A stretch of 64,000 bases of DNA from Bispira polyomma (lineage: Eukaryota). Each line of letters starts with the position of its first letter. Position 1 is the first letter of the stretch. The position numbers and the translations under genes are program-made. Under the pieces are notes generated by a model, which was not told the origin of the DNA, ran no database searches, and saw only the letters and a program-made list of their open reading frames with translations. Positions 14,590 through 28,545 of this stretch are shown here, piece after piece. The stretch covers positions 8,866,001-8,930,000 of the forward strand of contig OZ287751.1 in the NCBI GenBank assembly GCA_965649765.1, in the 5' to 3' direction.

Positions 14590-16294
14590 ATGCGTCCTGA
14601 TACCCCCCCCCCCTCCAATACCTCCTACTTGCCCCCCCCCCCCCCTCAATCTTCCCGGATTTATTTTTAACAGAAATGAGGAGGGGGAGGGGGGCTACAG
14701 GTTTCTACAGCCATGATTCCCTATGACGTTCATAATAGACACTTGTAATGAGGTGGACATATGCACACACAACACGTGGGGACTGGAGATTTGACTCACC
14801 TACCCCCCCCCCCCCAACACCCCCCCCCCACGTTTCCTTCTGGCAAGCATGCAGCCATGTGAATGAGAGGGTGTATATATGCGTGCATGTGTGTTTGGTA
14901 TTGCTACACCCCCCTGCCGCCACCAACCCACTCACCCACCCCCATTTTCTTGCTGATCTAGTGTGAATTGGAGGGGGAGAAGGTAGTAAAAAAGGAAGAA
15001 GGCAAACTCCACAAACTGCAAAGACGAAACGACGGAGGCAGAAAAAAAAATTATCGAAGAAAAACAGAAGGATGGAAAAGGAGAATGCGAGAGAGAGAGT
15101 GAGAGAAACCAGTTAGATCTATAAGGAGGTAAAAATTAGTGGCGTGTGGCCCCCACCAAACAAGGAAAACGGGTTCAGTTTGGACGAGAAGACTTTCGGC
15201 TGTGGCATAATTACTACTACATTTCTGTGATCATAAGGAGTGTGAGGGCTGGGGGTTTTTTGCCGCCAAATTGTCTTTGGTGTAAGAGATATTACATAGG
15301 GAGAGACAGCACCACAACACACACATGTGTAAGGAGTGTGTAAAGAAATACTGAGCTTAGGACAATTACATCAAACTAGACAAGCTTGTTAACTCTTTGT
15401 CAATATTCATACAATAACCCGTCTCCTCTCTCAGAGATTAGCAAGAAACAGTTGTGAGAGAGAGAGAGAGGGATTTGTATAGTGTTTTTTTTTAATTTAT
15501 ATTTTTCTACTTGTGGGCTGCTGGTGGTGGTGCTGGGTTGTTTTTTTTGTGTGTGTGAGAGGGAGAGGGTGGGCAAAGTTGTTTGTGTGTAAAAGGACAC
15601 ACACACATGTCCATATATGTGTCTATGGCGGAAAGGTGAAATAAAAACTGTATGAAACCAAAGCAGCAGCAGAAAAAAAATAAGGAGACAAGCAAGAAAA
15701 GAGAATCATGGAAGGAGTGAGGGAGTGAGGGAGAGCCAATATGAAAGTCATAGTAAATCACTGTAAAAATGTCAATATGGATATATGTGCTATTGTCACA
15801 CACAACGGCAACTTCAATTCCATGGGAACTGAACAGTGTTTAGCTAGCAAATTGGTATTAGAAGACTAAGAAGCTATCGGGACAGTAGCAAACACAAAAA
15901 TCATATAGACAAGAGGCGATGGAGAGAAAGCGATGAAAGAAATGGAACGTTTGTTGTTGCACAAGTGGGGCTGCTAAGAAACGAAAAAATATACCCAAAT
16001 TAAAAGGGGACTTATATATACACAGGCAAAACCAATACTGCTGTATAACAGCTAGAAGTATATTTAACTGACACAATATAATACACACAAAAACATAGAA
16101 GGAAAACAAAAAACAACAACAGCAATTTTTGTATATAATGTATATAAAATAAACAAAAATATGCATGTTAACACGTTTAGCTGCCTTTGATTAAATCAGA
16201 AAGAAAAAAACTGTTTACCTTACAAGTATTGCAAAACAGCTCATTGTGATAGTAGTAGATCCAGTAGTTATCCCCCGGGCAGTGTGAAGCAAAT
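14590..16294 (+). promoter_or_regulatory. Putative innexin promoter and long purine-rich 5' UTR region
   Basis: Poly-C tracts and CACCC motifs (14600-14945) give way to strongly A/G-biased sequence with GA and CA repeats running to the ATG. The TSS cannot be determined from sequence. Confidence 0.4.
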
Positions 16295-16488
16295 ATGGAT
16301 AGGCTCTTCAAATCTATTTTGGATATCAATGAAATCAAGTCCAAGCTTGACGATGATTTCACAGACAGGTTAAGTAGACAGAGGACAGTGATTGTCATGA
16401 TTGTTATCACCTTTGTGCTGGCTGCTAAGCAGTTTGTCGGGGATCCGCTGACCTGCTGGTGTCCTGCCTACTTCACCAAAAGTCACAT
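16295..16488 (+). CDS. inx: Innexin (invertebrate gap-junction/pannexin family), coding exon 1: N-terminus, TM1, start of extracellular loop 1
   Basis: Translates MDRLFKSILDINEIKSKLDDDFTDRLSRQRTVIVMIVITFVLAAKQFVGDPLTCWCPAYFTKSH. It carries the innexin motifs DDxxDRL and KQFVGxPIxCWxP. It ends AT|GTAAGT (donor at 16489, phase 2), matching the phase of exon 2. Family-level symbol only; orthologue not assigned. Confidence 0.95.
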
Positions 16489-18314
16489 GTAAGTCATGTC
16501 GTCAAGTGTTGTTTGTGTCTTTACTGTCAATGAGTTTGGTGTTAAATATATTTACAAAAAAAAATAAATAAACATAAAAAAATTAAAAGGTGTTTTTGTA
16601 TCATAGGAAATTGCATGTTTTTCCCTTGCCCTAAAACGAAGCATTTACTGTGCATTGAATATTTTTAATGATAAAGCATTAGGTTAATTATGTTAATGGC
16701 ACAAGGCATAAGCCTATTTTGCAGACATATAAACTCTATAACATGAAATAGATATATTACTCATTTTACCACACAATAATAATATGAAAGCTTGTAAATA
16801 GGCAAAATATGTATTGTTTTTTTTTATTCCTGATTCTTAATGTCCCTTAAAGTGTGTGAATCTAATTGCAAATTTGAATATTGAATTGAAGACTTTGTTT
16901 TAACTTAACCTCTAGACATAACAGTAGTATCTGACCCATATGCTGCTTTTGTGAAAGTTGACTTACCTGAATTATGCATGGGATCTGCATCAATAGCACT
17001 ATGTCTGTGTACATTAGCCTTTATACTTGAATGAATACTCCTTTATTGAAAGTTTTTGCAGTCAACATAAGGGAATGCTCCTTAAATCTATAGTTAGTTA
17101 GTGCACTCGAATTTGTCAAGAACACACAGTGCATGGAATTAAATTACAATAAAAAATCTGGCTGTCGTTTGCTTGTTATATATATATTTCTGAAAAAATG
17201 GTGACGAAGCACAATTTACGTAAATTCCAGCCCAGGCTGGCCATGTAAATACATTTGAAAATAAAGCCACAAATCCCCATTGAATGTTTGTCAAGTGCAT
17301 TTTGGGATCAGTTGAAACCCCTGCATTAATTATCATTTCAAACTTACTTTCTATTGGGCAGTAATCATTTGAAAAGCAAGTCAAACCGAGAAGGCACCAT
17401 GTATCATTAAAAAGCTGAAATAAACTGAAATTTACCGTTTGCACTCATATATGACTACTGTGTGTCTACATGAAAGCTAATTTGCTTTTCTCTATAAATA
17501 TACTACAGAGATAACTTTCACTTCGATACTTAGTGAAGGAAAAGCACACTAATGACTTAATAGAAGAAACATAGTTTCTAGAATCCATTTAACTACCTTT
17601 AGGGTGCTAGACCATCAAATTCCATGACTTTTTACCAAAATTTACGATATTTGTCAATGAAATTCCATGATTTTAACATGGCTGCATTTTTTTGGACATT
17701 TCTTAGGTTTTTGTGTGGCCGGCCTGTACCTGGTACTACTGGCTTACTGTCATGTGAGTCCCGATGAGTCCTATTTCTTTATACACATGGCATAAACAGG
17801 ACGTTACACCAGTCTTATTAACAGCAGCAACCTTCGTTTTCTACATGTGACCGTGTATCACTTATCTGCATTAGTATAAATATTTCATCACTGTGGGGCA
17901 GGCAGGTGACATATATGTAAAGTGGCGACTTGGTGCTATTAACAACAACAGTAACCGTTGGTTAATTCATAGAATCACAATTAATCAAACATTTGTTTTC
18001 AAAACCTCCTCTTATAATGTTCTAGCCAGAGGCTGTATTCACATACAGTCTCAGAATGCAATTATTGGATTTTTTGTAGTTTAAACAATATTTTGAGCCA
18101 ATCAAATTTGTTAAGACGAAAAATATGTCAATTTTTGTGTATTACTATATATTTGAGTATACAAATACTTAACATAATCAAGGATATCAAAATATATTAT
18201 GAATATGTGATGTAATATACATTATTAGCGTGATTAGACATTTCAGTTAACACATTTGTATATGTAAAGCACACTAACAATAAAAGCAGACTAACAGGGA
18301 AAATACTACTTATA

Positions 18315-19165
18315 AGGGGGGTTCCACTATCAGGATTTGGTCTCCGACCTTCCCTACTTTGTGATCGATAACAGGAAAATCGGCAGAACGTATAGGTCAG
18401 GGGCAAAAACAGGGTGGTCGGGAAGGATATCAAAAAAGTTTGATGTTTTGTAAAAGTGTTCCGACTTGTGTCCCTGACCTCTAAAAACTGGAAGGTCGGC
18501 TTCAGCGAATAAGTTTGATCCTATTGGCGATACATACTGTCTGATAGGTCTTAATATCACTCCCGGCCTGTCCTAATGCTGGCCCGTCAAAACGTATAGG
18601 TCGGGGGCGAAAACGTGGTCTGGAAGGTCGGGAAGAATATAGACACATATTTTAAGCCTAGTTTGTCATTTTGTCAGTCCCGATAACGGAAATCAGTTAA
18701 AAAGCTGTTTAGCTTTGCGACATCAAACCCACTTTCGGTGCAGTTCATGTACGCGAACGATGAATTTATTTGCTGTTATTTACAACAAACTTTTATCAAA
18801 AATGAGGTCTAAACAGGTATTATTTCTTTTATTTCATAAGGTCATCTCATTTTGTCATCTAGATTATATACCATAACAGTACCGACTTTCCCGTCTTATA
18901 CGTTCGATCTTTATGGTCGGGGATCTAAATCCGTCAGATCCTATTGGCGATACGTTCGATCCTAGGGCTATACGTCAGATCCTATCACTAGTAAGTTCGA
19001 TCCTATCCTGGTTCAAGTAAGATCAGGGTCAGCGTCCCGTTCGATCACATTATAATTTTCCCACCCAAAAATGGATTTTATTGATTTTTTCGCCCCGACC
19101 TTCCCGACTGTAAAATCGGGCCCATTTTGCTGATCGAACTTGGATATGGAACCCCCCCCCCCCCT
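18315..19165. mobile_element. ~850-bp non-autonomous DNA transposon with poly-G/C TIRs and internal repeats
   Basis: Ends ta|AGGGGGGTTCCACTATC and GATATGGAACCCCCCCCCCCCCT|ta. CpG-rich relative to flanks. Internal repeats: cgtataggtc(a/g)ggggc..ggtcgggaag, gatcctattggcgatac x2, and a ~20-bp tacgt..gatcct periodicity. Confidence 0.75.
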
Positions 19166-20670
19166 TATCTTCGTCAAATTAACCATTAAAACCATTAACC
19201 AAACCTGATCAGGTTATGCCAGGTAACCAGATGATGATTCAATCAGAATACAGATGTACTGAAAATAAGGCCCTTTTAATAATGATCTACAGTACAGCAA
19301 ATATTTGGTGTAATTCTGATAAAAAATTATTTCTTTGGATATGTCTCTAATTCTGAATTTTTTTTACACATTTTCAGGCAAATGAAAAAGGCAACATATC
19401 TCAGGAAAGAATCAGTTATGCCCTAATATAAGACTTTATAAACCAGTGCTTTAATACAAGATGCAAAGAAATTCAAAGTGTGTGTCTTACGGCCTAGTTT
19501 TCAAGCCATACATGTCATAATACCAAGTGGAATAATAGCTCTAATTTTTTTTCTGACTGATGTCACATCAATAGTTGTATTTTTTTATTTGTACTGACTT
19601 TAAGGATATCTCTTATGCACTGACACACTATAACACCAGTTTGCATGAAGATGTATTATCCATGTCACATGCTATCATTTAGGATCATATGTTATTGTGG
19701 TAATTTGATTTTACAAGCAGTCATGCAAGTTGGTTGTTTTGATATTTCCGGTTTGTGACAGTTATCTATTATTGAATTATAGATGTTTCATAAAAAATCC
19801 TAGTTGAAATTGTAGCTTCTTCTGATCCCCTAAATACTTGGAAAAATTCCTTAACAGAGAAAATATATTAACAGCTTTAAAAACGGATAAATATTTATTT
19901 AATATTAGATTCACCATGTCACCTCAAAGAGCACAATTCTATCTCACATTGACCTAAAATAAGATGACTATATAAAATATTCACTATCCAGTTCATTCAG
20001 TGGAGGATAAATCGAAGAAATTTTCTCACAACCTTTACATCTGATCAAGGACTTTTTTTAATAATACAAACTTGCACTGTACTTTGTCCTTTTACCCTGG
20101 ATCATCTTAGGTGATGTCTGTTAAGGAAAGACATAATCAGTCTAAACATGTTTTATATTTCCATCAATAGTATTGCGGCTCCAAAAAGTCTTTTCCAAAA
20201 CATTGATCACAAAGTACATAAAAAACTAAGGAGATCTGCAAAAAGGAAGATTCACTCAGTGTCATTCTGAACTGAGCCAATCCAGACAGTCATTGTCTGA
20301 AGAAGGGATTGATGCAATGTAACTGTCTTATGTTGACATCAGATTGGCTTTGAGAAAAGAGGTAAACTTATTTTTTGTCATATTAGCAAAATTTTACACA
20401 GCAAATCTGGTGCTATTTTTTATGCAGATAAATAATAAAATTAAGATATCTCACACAAAATTAAATACATCTGAACGCATCCATATTGTAGGATAAACTG
20501 ACCAATTGATGTTGCTATTATTATATATCAAGGCATGATGCCTTTGAGAAAGACAACAGTCACTAGTTAAACATACTGGAAATTATAGCCGACTAGTCAG
20601 GTTTCGCAACATTCTAATTTTCGTCTAAACAAATATAAAATAGCCAAAGATGTCATAGAAATGTCCAATA

Positions 20671-20865
20671 TGCCATGCAAAAGTACCAGACCTCACAATA
20701 TACAACATTATACTTTACTAAAGATTGAATTCGTCAACCTCCATGTTGTACAAGTTGTACATCTATGTCATATTGTTGGCATATGTACTTTGAAATAAGT
20801 ACATTGTGCCATGCAAAAGTAACAGACCACACAATATACAACATTATATTTTAAAAGTTTGAATG
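20671..20865. repeat. ~58-bp direct repeat, 136-bp period
   Basis: tgccatgcaaaagta(c/a)cagacc(t/a)cacaatatacaacattata at 20671 and 20807. Confidence 0.85.
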
Positions 20866-21737
20866 TTTAGTTCCAGCATCTAGTTCTATAAGTCTTTGCA
20901 GACACAATATCATCCTCCTCAAACACAGGAACTCAATCAACCGAAACTTGCAATTGTTAAACAAAAGTAGAAAAGTGAGCGACACAAAGGGGTCAGTAAT
21001 CTCGGGAGATATGACTGTGGTTAAAGGAAGGGGGAATTGGTATATAGGCTTGTACAAAAAGGTAACTTTTTCAATTACTTTCTGAAGGAGCTAACATAGG
21101 GGTTTAAACCTAATATGAAAAAGTAAAGAATCCTCCAGCAAAGAAAGGGAGCATATTAGCTTAAAGACTGGGTGAACTAGTTATGGAACCTTAAGCTTTG
21201 GACTACTTTATCTGACGTTCCTGGCAGGGTGTCATCCATAAGACAAGCCATAAATTGAAGCAGCCAACTGACCAGTGACCTTGTTATATTTAAGTGCTGT
21301 TTTTTGTTATCTCCACACACTGACCTTGCTTGTTAATCTGCTGTGACAAACAGTCTTGGATTTTACGACCCTCCAAACAATAAGGCTCTAGCCATGTGAC
21401 AAATTGGTTTGACTAAAATTATGGGTAAAGCAAAGAGGATAGGCTTCTTGCTTTAACATCCATAAATTTGATGATAAAAAATCTAAGGTATTGATTATAT
21501 TATTTGTCAGCGTTGGGGATTTTAAACCTTCATTGGTATTCACTCTGGTTCCTTGACAGTAAAACTGTCCCATCATCGATTATTAATTGGTTTCAGAGTG
21601 TGGCTATCATCATGGATATAAAAATTATACATTAAATATCTTGGTTAATACATTTATATTAGGAGTTTTAAATAAAAACATTAATAACTAGTGTTTTCTG
21701 ACTTTCTTTCAACATAAGATAAATAATTAGTAAATAA

Positions 21738-22381
21738 CCTGGTTCAAAACCACATCTCCTTTATTTTATCTAAACAACATTACAACTTCATTTTCATTAT
21801 TAAAACTATATCAGGGCTGGTATTCTCGAACGTAAACACAGCTTAAACTCATACTCAACTCAAATATAGACCATGTGGAAATCATTATACATGGAAATAA
21901 CCTATACTTATGACCATTCATTTTAATAGAGCTTTTAACCCTGAATTCAAATATCAAGTCAGATTTTAGATATATTTACCGTATCTAGAGATATAGAGAT
22001 TCCATATTTGAGTTGAGTATGAGTTTAAGGTGAGTATACGTTCGAGAATACCAGCCCAGATGTTCATTGGCAACAGCAACTGATGACAAAATTCATAAAT
22101 TACAAAAAAAGTATTTAACTTATTTATATAGAATATGACTTAGAAAGATAATATCAGACAACATGACATCTGTCAGACTTGAAACTTTCTCTGAAGAATT
22201 TATAAGGATGACCCATTCAAAGAGAGCTCCAAAATAGAGCATGTTTTATTCAGACTGCAGCTTCTCTCCTATTACAAAAGTGATCACTAAATGGGTGATA
22301 GTACACCCTAACTGCTCGGGTTTCATGGCTGTAAACTGACAAAGTTGATGGCAAAATTTAATTACCTCAAGTTCCCTTCTT
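21738..22381 (+). repeat. Local segmental duplication, copy 1 (module B); copy 2 at 26700-27120, diverged partial copy 3 at 29641-29806
   Basis: Long co-linear similarity, e.g. gacccattcaaagagagc(t/c)ccaaaataga(g/a)catgttttattcagactgcagc and aaatgggtgatagtacaccctaactgctcgggtttcatggctgtaaactgacaaagtt. Confidence 0.92.
21815..22056. mobile_element. 242-bp MITE, PIF/Harbinger-like, with CAG target-site duplication
   Basis: ~55-bp TIRs GGCTGGTATTCTCGAACGTA...aaactcatactcaactcaaatat / atatttgagttgagtatgagttt...TACGTTCGAGAATACCAGCC. Flanked by CAG (21812-14 and 22057-59). The empty site tatatCAGatgttcat is present in the paralogous segment at ~26770-26785. Confidence 0.9.
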
Positions 22382-22452
22382 GATAGTTAAATATTAAACA
22401 TCCTTGTTAATTAAACATTCCAAAAAGACAGCAACGTTTAAATTAAATCATC

Positions 22453-22592
22453 CCCGCTTACTATACCGAGAACTTACACAAACTTTGGAGAGAGATCCTT
22501 TGCTGTTGTTGGCCCCAAACTGTGGAATGAGCTTCTATGAAAAAATTTAAGACTGTTTTAAAAACACATCTTTTTAGAAAAGACTTTCCTTA
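22453..22592 (+). mobile_element. L2/CR1-clade LINE ORF2 3' remnant
   Basis: Translates LTIPRTYTNFGERSFAVVGPKLWNEL...FKTVLKTHLFRKDF. Confidence 0.8.
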
Positions 22593-25500
22593 GGATGTCA
22601 TATAATTGTCTTTGATAGTATCAAAAGTTTGTGTGTGTCTCTTTCATAAAATGATATAAACCAGAAAGGAAGAATCTTTTGTCAGACAAATGTAAATGAT
22701 AAAATCCTAACTTTTTAAATAATATACTATCTATACAATAATTCATATATATAATGCAATGGGGAGCTACATGCAAATTACTGCTAAAATGTTATCATTG
22801 GAAATTTATTTAGACTTCACTGTCTATCCTTTTTATAAATGTTTAACAAACAAGCTTTTCTATATGACCATTTGATGTGGTAAAGGGGTGCTGAAAATGG
22901 TTTAAATTGAAGGGGTCAGAGCAATGGGATATTTTGTGTGCATAGAGCCTCTTGTGAGAGTAGTGGAGGGTGGGGTTTTATGGCCCACCCCCTAGGACTA
23001 GCTTAAAGAAGAAAGAGTTGGGAAGAAGACAGTTGTGATATTATTCCAGATTATTAAACCAGGACTGATTTACCGCTTCTATTGATACTTGCCCATGTCG
23101 TCTGATTCTAAGTTTCATCTCACCGTTAGAAACAATTTAAAAGAGGTTTTCCTCCTAACTCAGGTTCTTAGTTCTTATCTTTTTAAAAATCCCCAAAAAT
23201 CCAAGCACAGTCCAAATACAAATTTAATGTTTAACGCCACTTGTTGTAAAGGAAACAAGCCTGGCGATTATGTACTTAAGTTAATGTAAACGCTTAAGAC
23301 CAGAAAGTTTGTAGGAACAACACCCAGATCTGGAGTCTTTCCCCAGGGCAATATCCAGTAGGCAATTAGGGTGAGGATCATTGGTCCATACCTCTTTCCC
23401 CATTTATGAGAACCTTTTCCCAGTAAGGGGTCATACAGTCTTCCCTTTCGCTTTTGCCCCCAGGGGTAAAACCCCTATTTGGGACCCCAGTATTTTATGC
23501 TTAAAGTAATTTAGCTGCAAGTAGAATGGGGAACATTTATTTTTTTTTTACTGTGTTAAGTAGATTTACCAAATGTAGTATCCTTTTTTCTTTTTATTTT
23601 GATTGCTCTTGACCAATTTTCTGCACAGTTTTATGCCTTCAATTTGTAAACAGCATGTAGTTGTACAATTTGTTAATAAGAATAACTACTTTAAACAAAA
23701 TACAACTGAGTGGACCATAAATGTTTGAATGTAACCAATTGGCATCAAGAATAACTCAAATCAATGCTCTATGGGATCAGTATGGTTTGATTTCACCAAG
23801 GATGATCTAAAGTTATTGTTGTCTGGTATATATGCATAAAGGGGTACAAGGTTTTATGTAAATCCATTTCAATCATAGCCATAAATAAATGAAATACAGG
23901 ATATAAGCTGTCATGCTTTGTTATGCTTTAATAAATGTACAACAAATACCCTATGTATCAGCATATTCCCATTAACTAGTTTACGATTCTCATTTCAGAT
24001 AGATTTTGATTAGCTTACCATTATGTAAATAATGTTCGTTTCAGCTATAAATAGAAATACTAAATTACTATTTTTTCATGTGTTCTGATGTAGAATATAA
24101 CTTACCACTTTAAGAAAGTATTACAACATCAGTTTTTGAATGCCAACACAGATATATGTAGACAAATAGAACACATAATCTGACTATTAAACTTACAATA
24201 ACTAAGATATGGTCATTAATCGTCCAGTGTTATATGTCCCACCGTTGTGAGGGTGTAACAATTTTTACACAGTAGGAAATTTTCATTTTTCATGTCGTTC
24301 CATATTGTAGCAATGTTGAGGCACACAATAAGGATTCAATAAGATTTCTGATGATAGGACTTTAGTCATGGTGTGACAGAGACTCTTTTAACATAAATAC
24401 ATCTCTAAAGAGGATGTGGTTGTAGAATATCTATATTCAGGATATACCTTTTCTCCTATAATAGAGTCATATGGTTGACCACGCAGCCTAGCTGCATATG
24501 TATCAAGGAAGAGCTTATGTAAACATTTCATGATTACAACAAATTGTACAGCTGACTTTTTAATTTCACTAAGTTGATATTGACAGTGACTTCTGCTTAT
24601 TGTACTGTGGATTATTGTACATTTAGTTTGTACATTTATTTTTCACAATTAATAAATACTAACTATTGGAATTTCACATACCATTTAGAGTAAAAACATG
24701 ACTGAATCATAACTAATAGACTTAAAAGTTTAAAATAATTGGACATATTGAAATATGAAAGCACAAAAATCAAATACAAGTAGATGTTGCTTTGTTGTGG
24801 ACAATCTAAAAGTGGTAACAATTTCTTGTTTGAAGATCAATAACTTTCTGTTAATTATGCATAAGTTCTGAAAATTCTTCACAGCTGCCTAAGACAACCT
24901 CTTGGGAGGGACATACCACGTAAAAGCATCATTTATTAGGTCTGGATATCTGTACAGTAACCACAGACCCCTGCCTTAATGACATAAATTCCCTACACAA
25001 AATGGCTGTCTTCAAATTTTAAAGGCAGCAAGAAATTAGCTTCTGCATTCTCTGATTTAAGGTATTACACAATGCACTAAACTAAATTACCAAGGTTTAC
25101 AATTATAACATGTTCAGGTTATATAAATAAAAGGAAAACTAAAATCTTCATTTTTTCTTCAGTTTATGATCAATCCCTATTAAAATGATGAAGAGGTTTG
25201 ATTTATAAAAAGATGCCAAAAGGTAAATCAATGATACCACCTCCCTGAAGAAACACTTCATTTACGTTTTTGAGATGTTTTCTTTGAACTCTCACTTCAA
25301 AAGAAATAAATTGGTAAAACATTATAAACCAAACTCATTCTCGGTGGAAAAGCAGTGCCTCATGGTATTAGAGTTGAAAAAGAAGATCACACAATTTATA
25401 ATTCACTTTTTATATCTCTGTTTTGTTTTGTGTTATCGGAAGAAGTCATGGCAAAGGTTATGCATACATCTTTACAGTTTTATCAATGGCTGAGTTGGGT

Positions 25501-28384
25501 GTAATCCTTTTGGATCGGATAAAAGAACAAAACTAAGTCTGTGTAAATATCAAATGTCGATTGGACTGGATTGGCAGATAAGCCGGTTATTTAACACTTT
25601 GACACATAGATCATTACAGGAAATGTGGAATTATGGAAATGTCTTATGGAACGACCATCAATTCCTTAATTGAAAGGACATAAAAACTCGTAGATTAATC
25701 ACCCAACCATGACATTGCACTTGTTATATTTAACACCAAGTTTTACGTAATTAAATATAATGTTAACATTGATCCCCAGTACTGGCCGCTCGTTTCATTT
25801 GGTGGGATAACAACTTTAGGCAAGATGTGAATACCATTAAACCTACACCATTTATGAAGGTAGTCTATCTTACCTATAATTTAGTTTAGCTGTAGTAAAT
25901 AAAAACCAAGAAAACAGAAAACAAAAAGACCTTTTGAATAGAGCCAAATGGCATCATGTATTTCAAGGTGGCCATTCATCTTAACTTCTATTATCTTAAC
26001 AAAAATACATGATCTATAAAAATGCAAAACTTTTCAGATATCTGTCCCAAAAGTAATATTCACAAGCACTAGAATCACTGGTCCATGCCTTTTCCCCCAT
26101 TTAAGAGAATCATTTCCTTGTAAGGCGGCAGCCAGTATTCCCTTTTGTTTTCCCACAAGCGTTAAAAAAAGTGTGAAGATATTTTTGGTTCTTTTGTTGC
26201 TCTTAAATGGTTTGAATGAATGAAAACTTTGTGTGCCTTTTAAGCATTAATAGTATTTTCTAGCAAGCCCGATGTCAAATTGAGATACTAGTCCATATTT
26301 TATCAAAGTACAATATCCTCAAGTAAGTTGATAGTGATGTTGATTTTGGAAACAATTGGTGTCAAATATTTTATACCTTTGCCAAAAGTTGCAAAAACAC
26401 AATAAATTGCAGTAAGTGTAATTTGACAGCTTTTGCTACAAAAGGTCATATAAGTTAACACATACTGGACTTATATAATAGTAATATATAAGGTATTGAA
26501 TTAAATATTACTTTTAGTTTTAAGGGTAGAAATACAGTTATATACATGGCTACATAGCTTTTTAAAAGAGAAATTTGCTTGGCTGTTAAAGTTGTAACAA
26601 ATGTTCATTTCTATATGCATAAGATAAGTAAATGGTAGCTGTTGAGATAATAACAAATATATTTATTCTGCCTTCATAAGATAGATAAATTGTAAATGTC
26701 CTGGTTCAAAACTAAATCTTCTTTATTTTATCTAAACCACACTACAACTTCATTTTCACCATTAAAACTATATCAGATGTTCATAGGAATTTAATTATTG
26801 TGGTACTGGCAACAACAACTTATTATAAAATTCATAAATTGCAAAATTACAAAAAACAGTATTGATTTACAATATGACTAAGGCTGATAATATCAGACAA
26901 CATGGCATCTATCAGGCTTGAAACTTTCTCTGAAGATTATACAAGAATGACCCATTCAAAGAGAGCCCCAAAATAGAACATGTTTTATTCAGACTGCAGC
27001 ATCTCTCTTATTATAAAAGTGGTCACCAAATGGGTGATAGTACACCCTAACTGCTCGGGTTTCATGGCTGTAAACTGACAAAGTTTATGGCAACATTTAA
27101 TTACTCCAAGCTCCCTTCTTGCTGTTTAACATCCCTAGCTTATTGCTGGCACATATTGCACATCTGCCTTTGCCGTTCCACTAAGTCTAGTTAAGGGTTC
27201 TTACTCTTGGCATAGGGCTTTTATAAGGCTTTTTTTATGGCTTTTAACAAAAACAGGAAGTTCACGTTTGAGATTCCATTGAAAACTCTGTGTTGATGAA
27301 AGATGACAAAACTCAAAGATAATACATATTTAACAATAATTTAATTCACGCATGTCTTACTAATGAAACAGATATATATAAGGCTATACATCTTATAACA
27401 TAACTATTTCACGTATTTGTCAGTAAATTGTTGTTTTAATTACATATCAAACAGTGATATACTTATAATATCACACTGATTTTATATAAGTGGCTTCCCC
27501 AGAGGGATAAACAGGACCCTTGAATATGTCTTGATACATTGTAAAGATAAATGGTGTCTTTAAAATAATATGTTTGACATCCATGATTACAACCAACAGA
27601 AAGAGCTCAGGTAAGTTTTTACAAATAAAACTTTAAATTCTGTCTTTGACCCTAACCTGTAGATAAATTTGGTAAATATTGTAGTTTTCATTGTCATGCA
27701 TTACTTTAATAAACTTGATTATTACTATCGATATAAAAGTGCTTAAATCAAGTTTATCAACTGAATTTTTGTAAATTGTCTTTGTTCATTAGACAAAAAT
27801 AAGAAACACAATTTTGAATCAGGATCAATGATCCCCTCCTAAAAGAACCAGTGCATCACCAGATGAGGGAGAAAGATTGTTTGAACTTTCATGTCAAAGA
27901 AATAATACAAAAATCTTTTGAATTTATTTGACGTGCAAAAACTAAAGAGATGTTTTTTTGATAACGCAGAGTTTGTTAAAAGTACAAAGCCATTTTTACA
28001 ACTCCCATTTCCTTTTGCAAGGCCATTAAGAATCATGATGAATATTGTGCAAAAATCTTTTGAGGTTCCATCAATAACAGCGTGGGGAGTAATAGTTCTC
28101 TCTGGTGTAAAGGTAAATAAAAAGTGAAGAAATGTGAAAGAGGTCGCAGCAAATTACATGCATTCCAATTTTATATTAATGTAATCAGTGTGTGAAATGA
28201 AAGGTCAGCTTCTTTGTTAACACTTCTGGGGTGGATGGATTTGGTTTTATAGTTATTGGAGTTATGGGTTTGGGCATATTTGCTTCTTGCCATGCTAAAC
28301 TGGTAACTTGGTATGTAATCTGAAATATAGAGAGTAATAATCAACAACGACATTCCACTTGGTATATGTAAGGTTACTTCTGCC

Positions 28385-28545
28385 AGTGTCACCTAGTGAG
28401 AAAACACTAACTTAGCAACACAGAGGACCTAGTTTGATTCAAGCCCAGCGTTCTTGGGTAAAGCCAAATACATAGATGGCCACTTAAAATGGCGGTCCTC
28501 TGTCATTTGGTTCTATCCCCAGAAGCCGGGTTAAAACCTTGAGTA
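28385..28545 (+). mobile_element. tRNA-derived SINE, family 2
   Basis: Head cacctagtg...gaggacctagtttgattc plus the 26-bp exact match to the 56223 copy. Related heads occur at 44606-44683 (-), 47290-47368 (-), 59300-59413 (-) and 60508-60570 (+). Confidence 0.68.

Noticed and set aside
14705-16166. Several 65-102-aa ORFs upstream of the innexin ATG
   Set aside because: Low-complexity translations of C-tracts and GA/CA repeats. Plus-strand ones could at most be uORFs, which cannot be shown without a mapped TSS.
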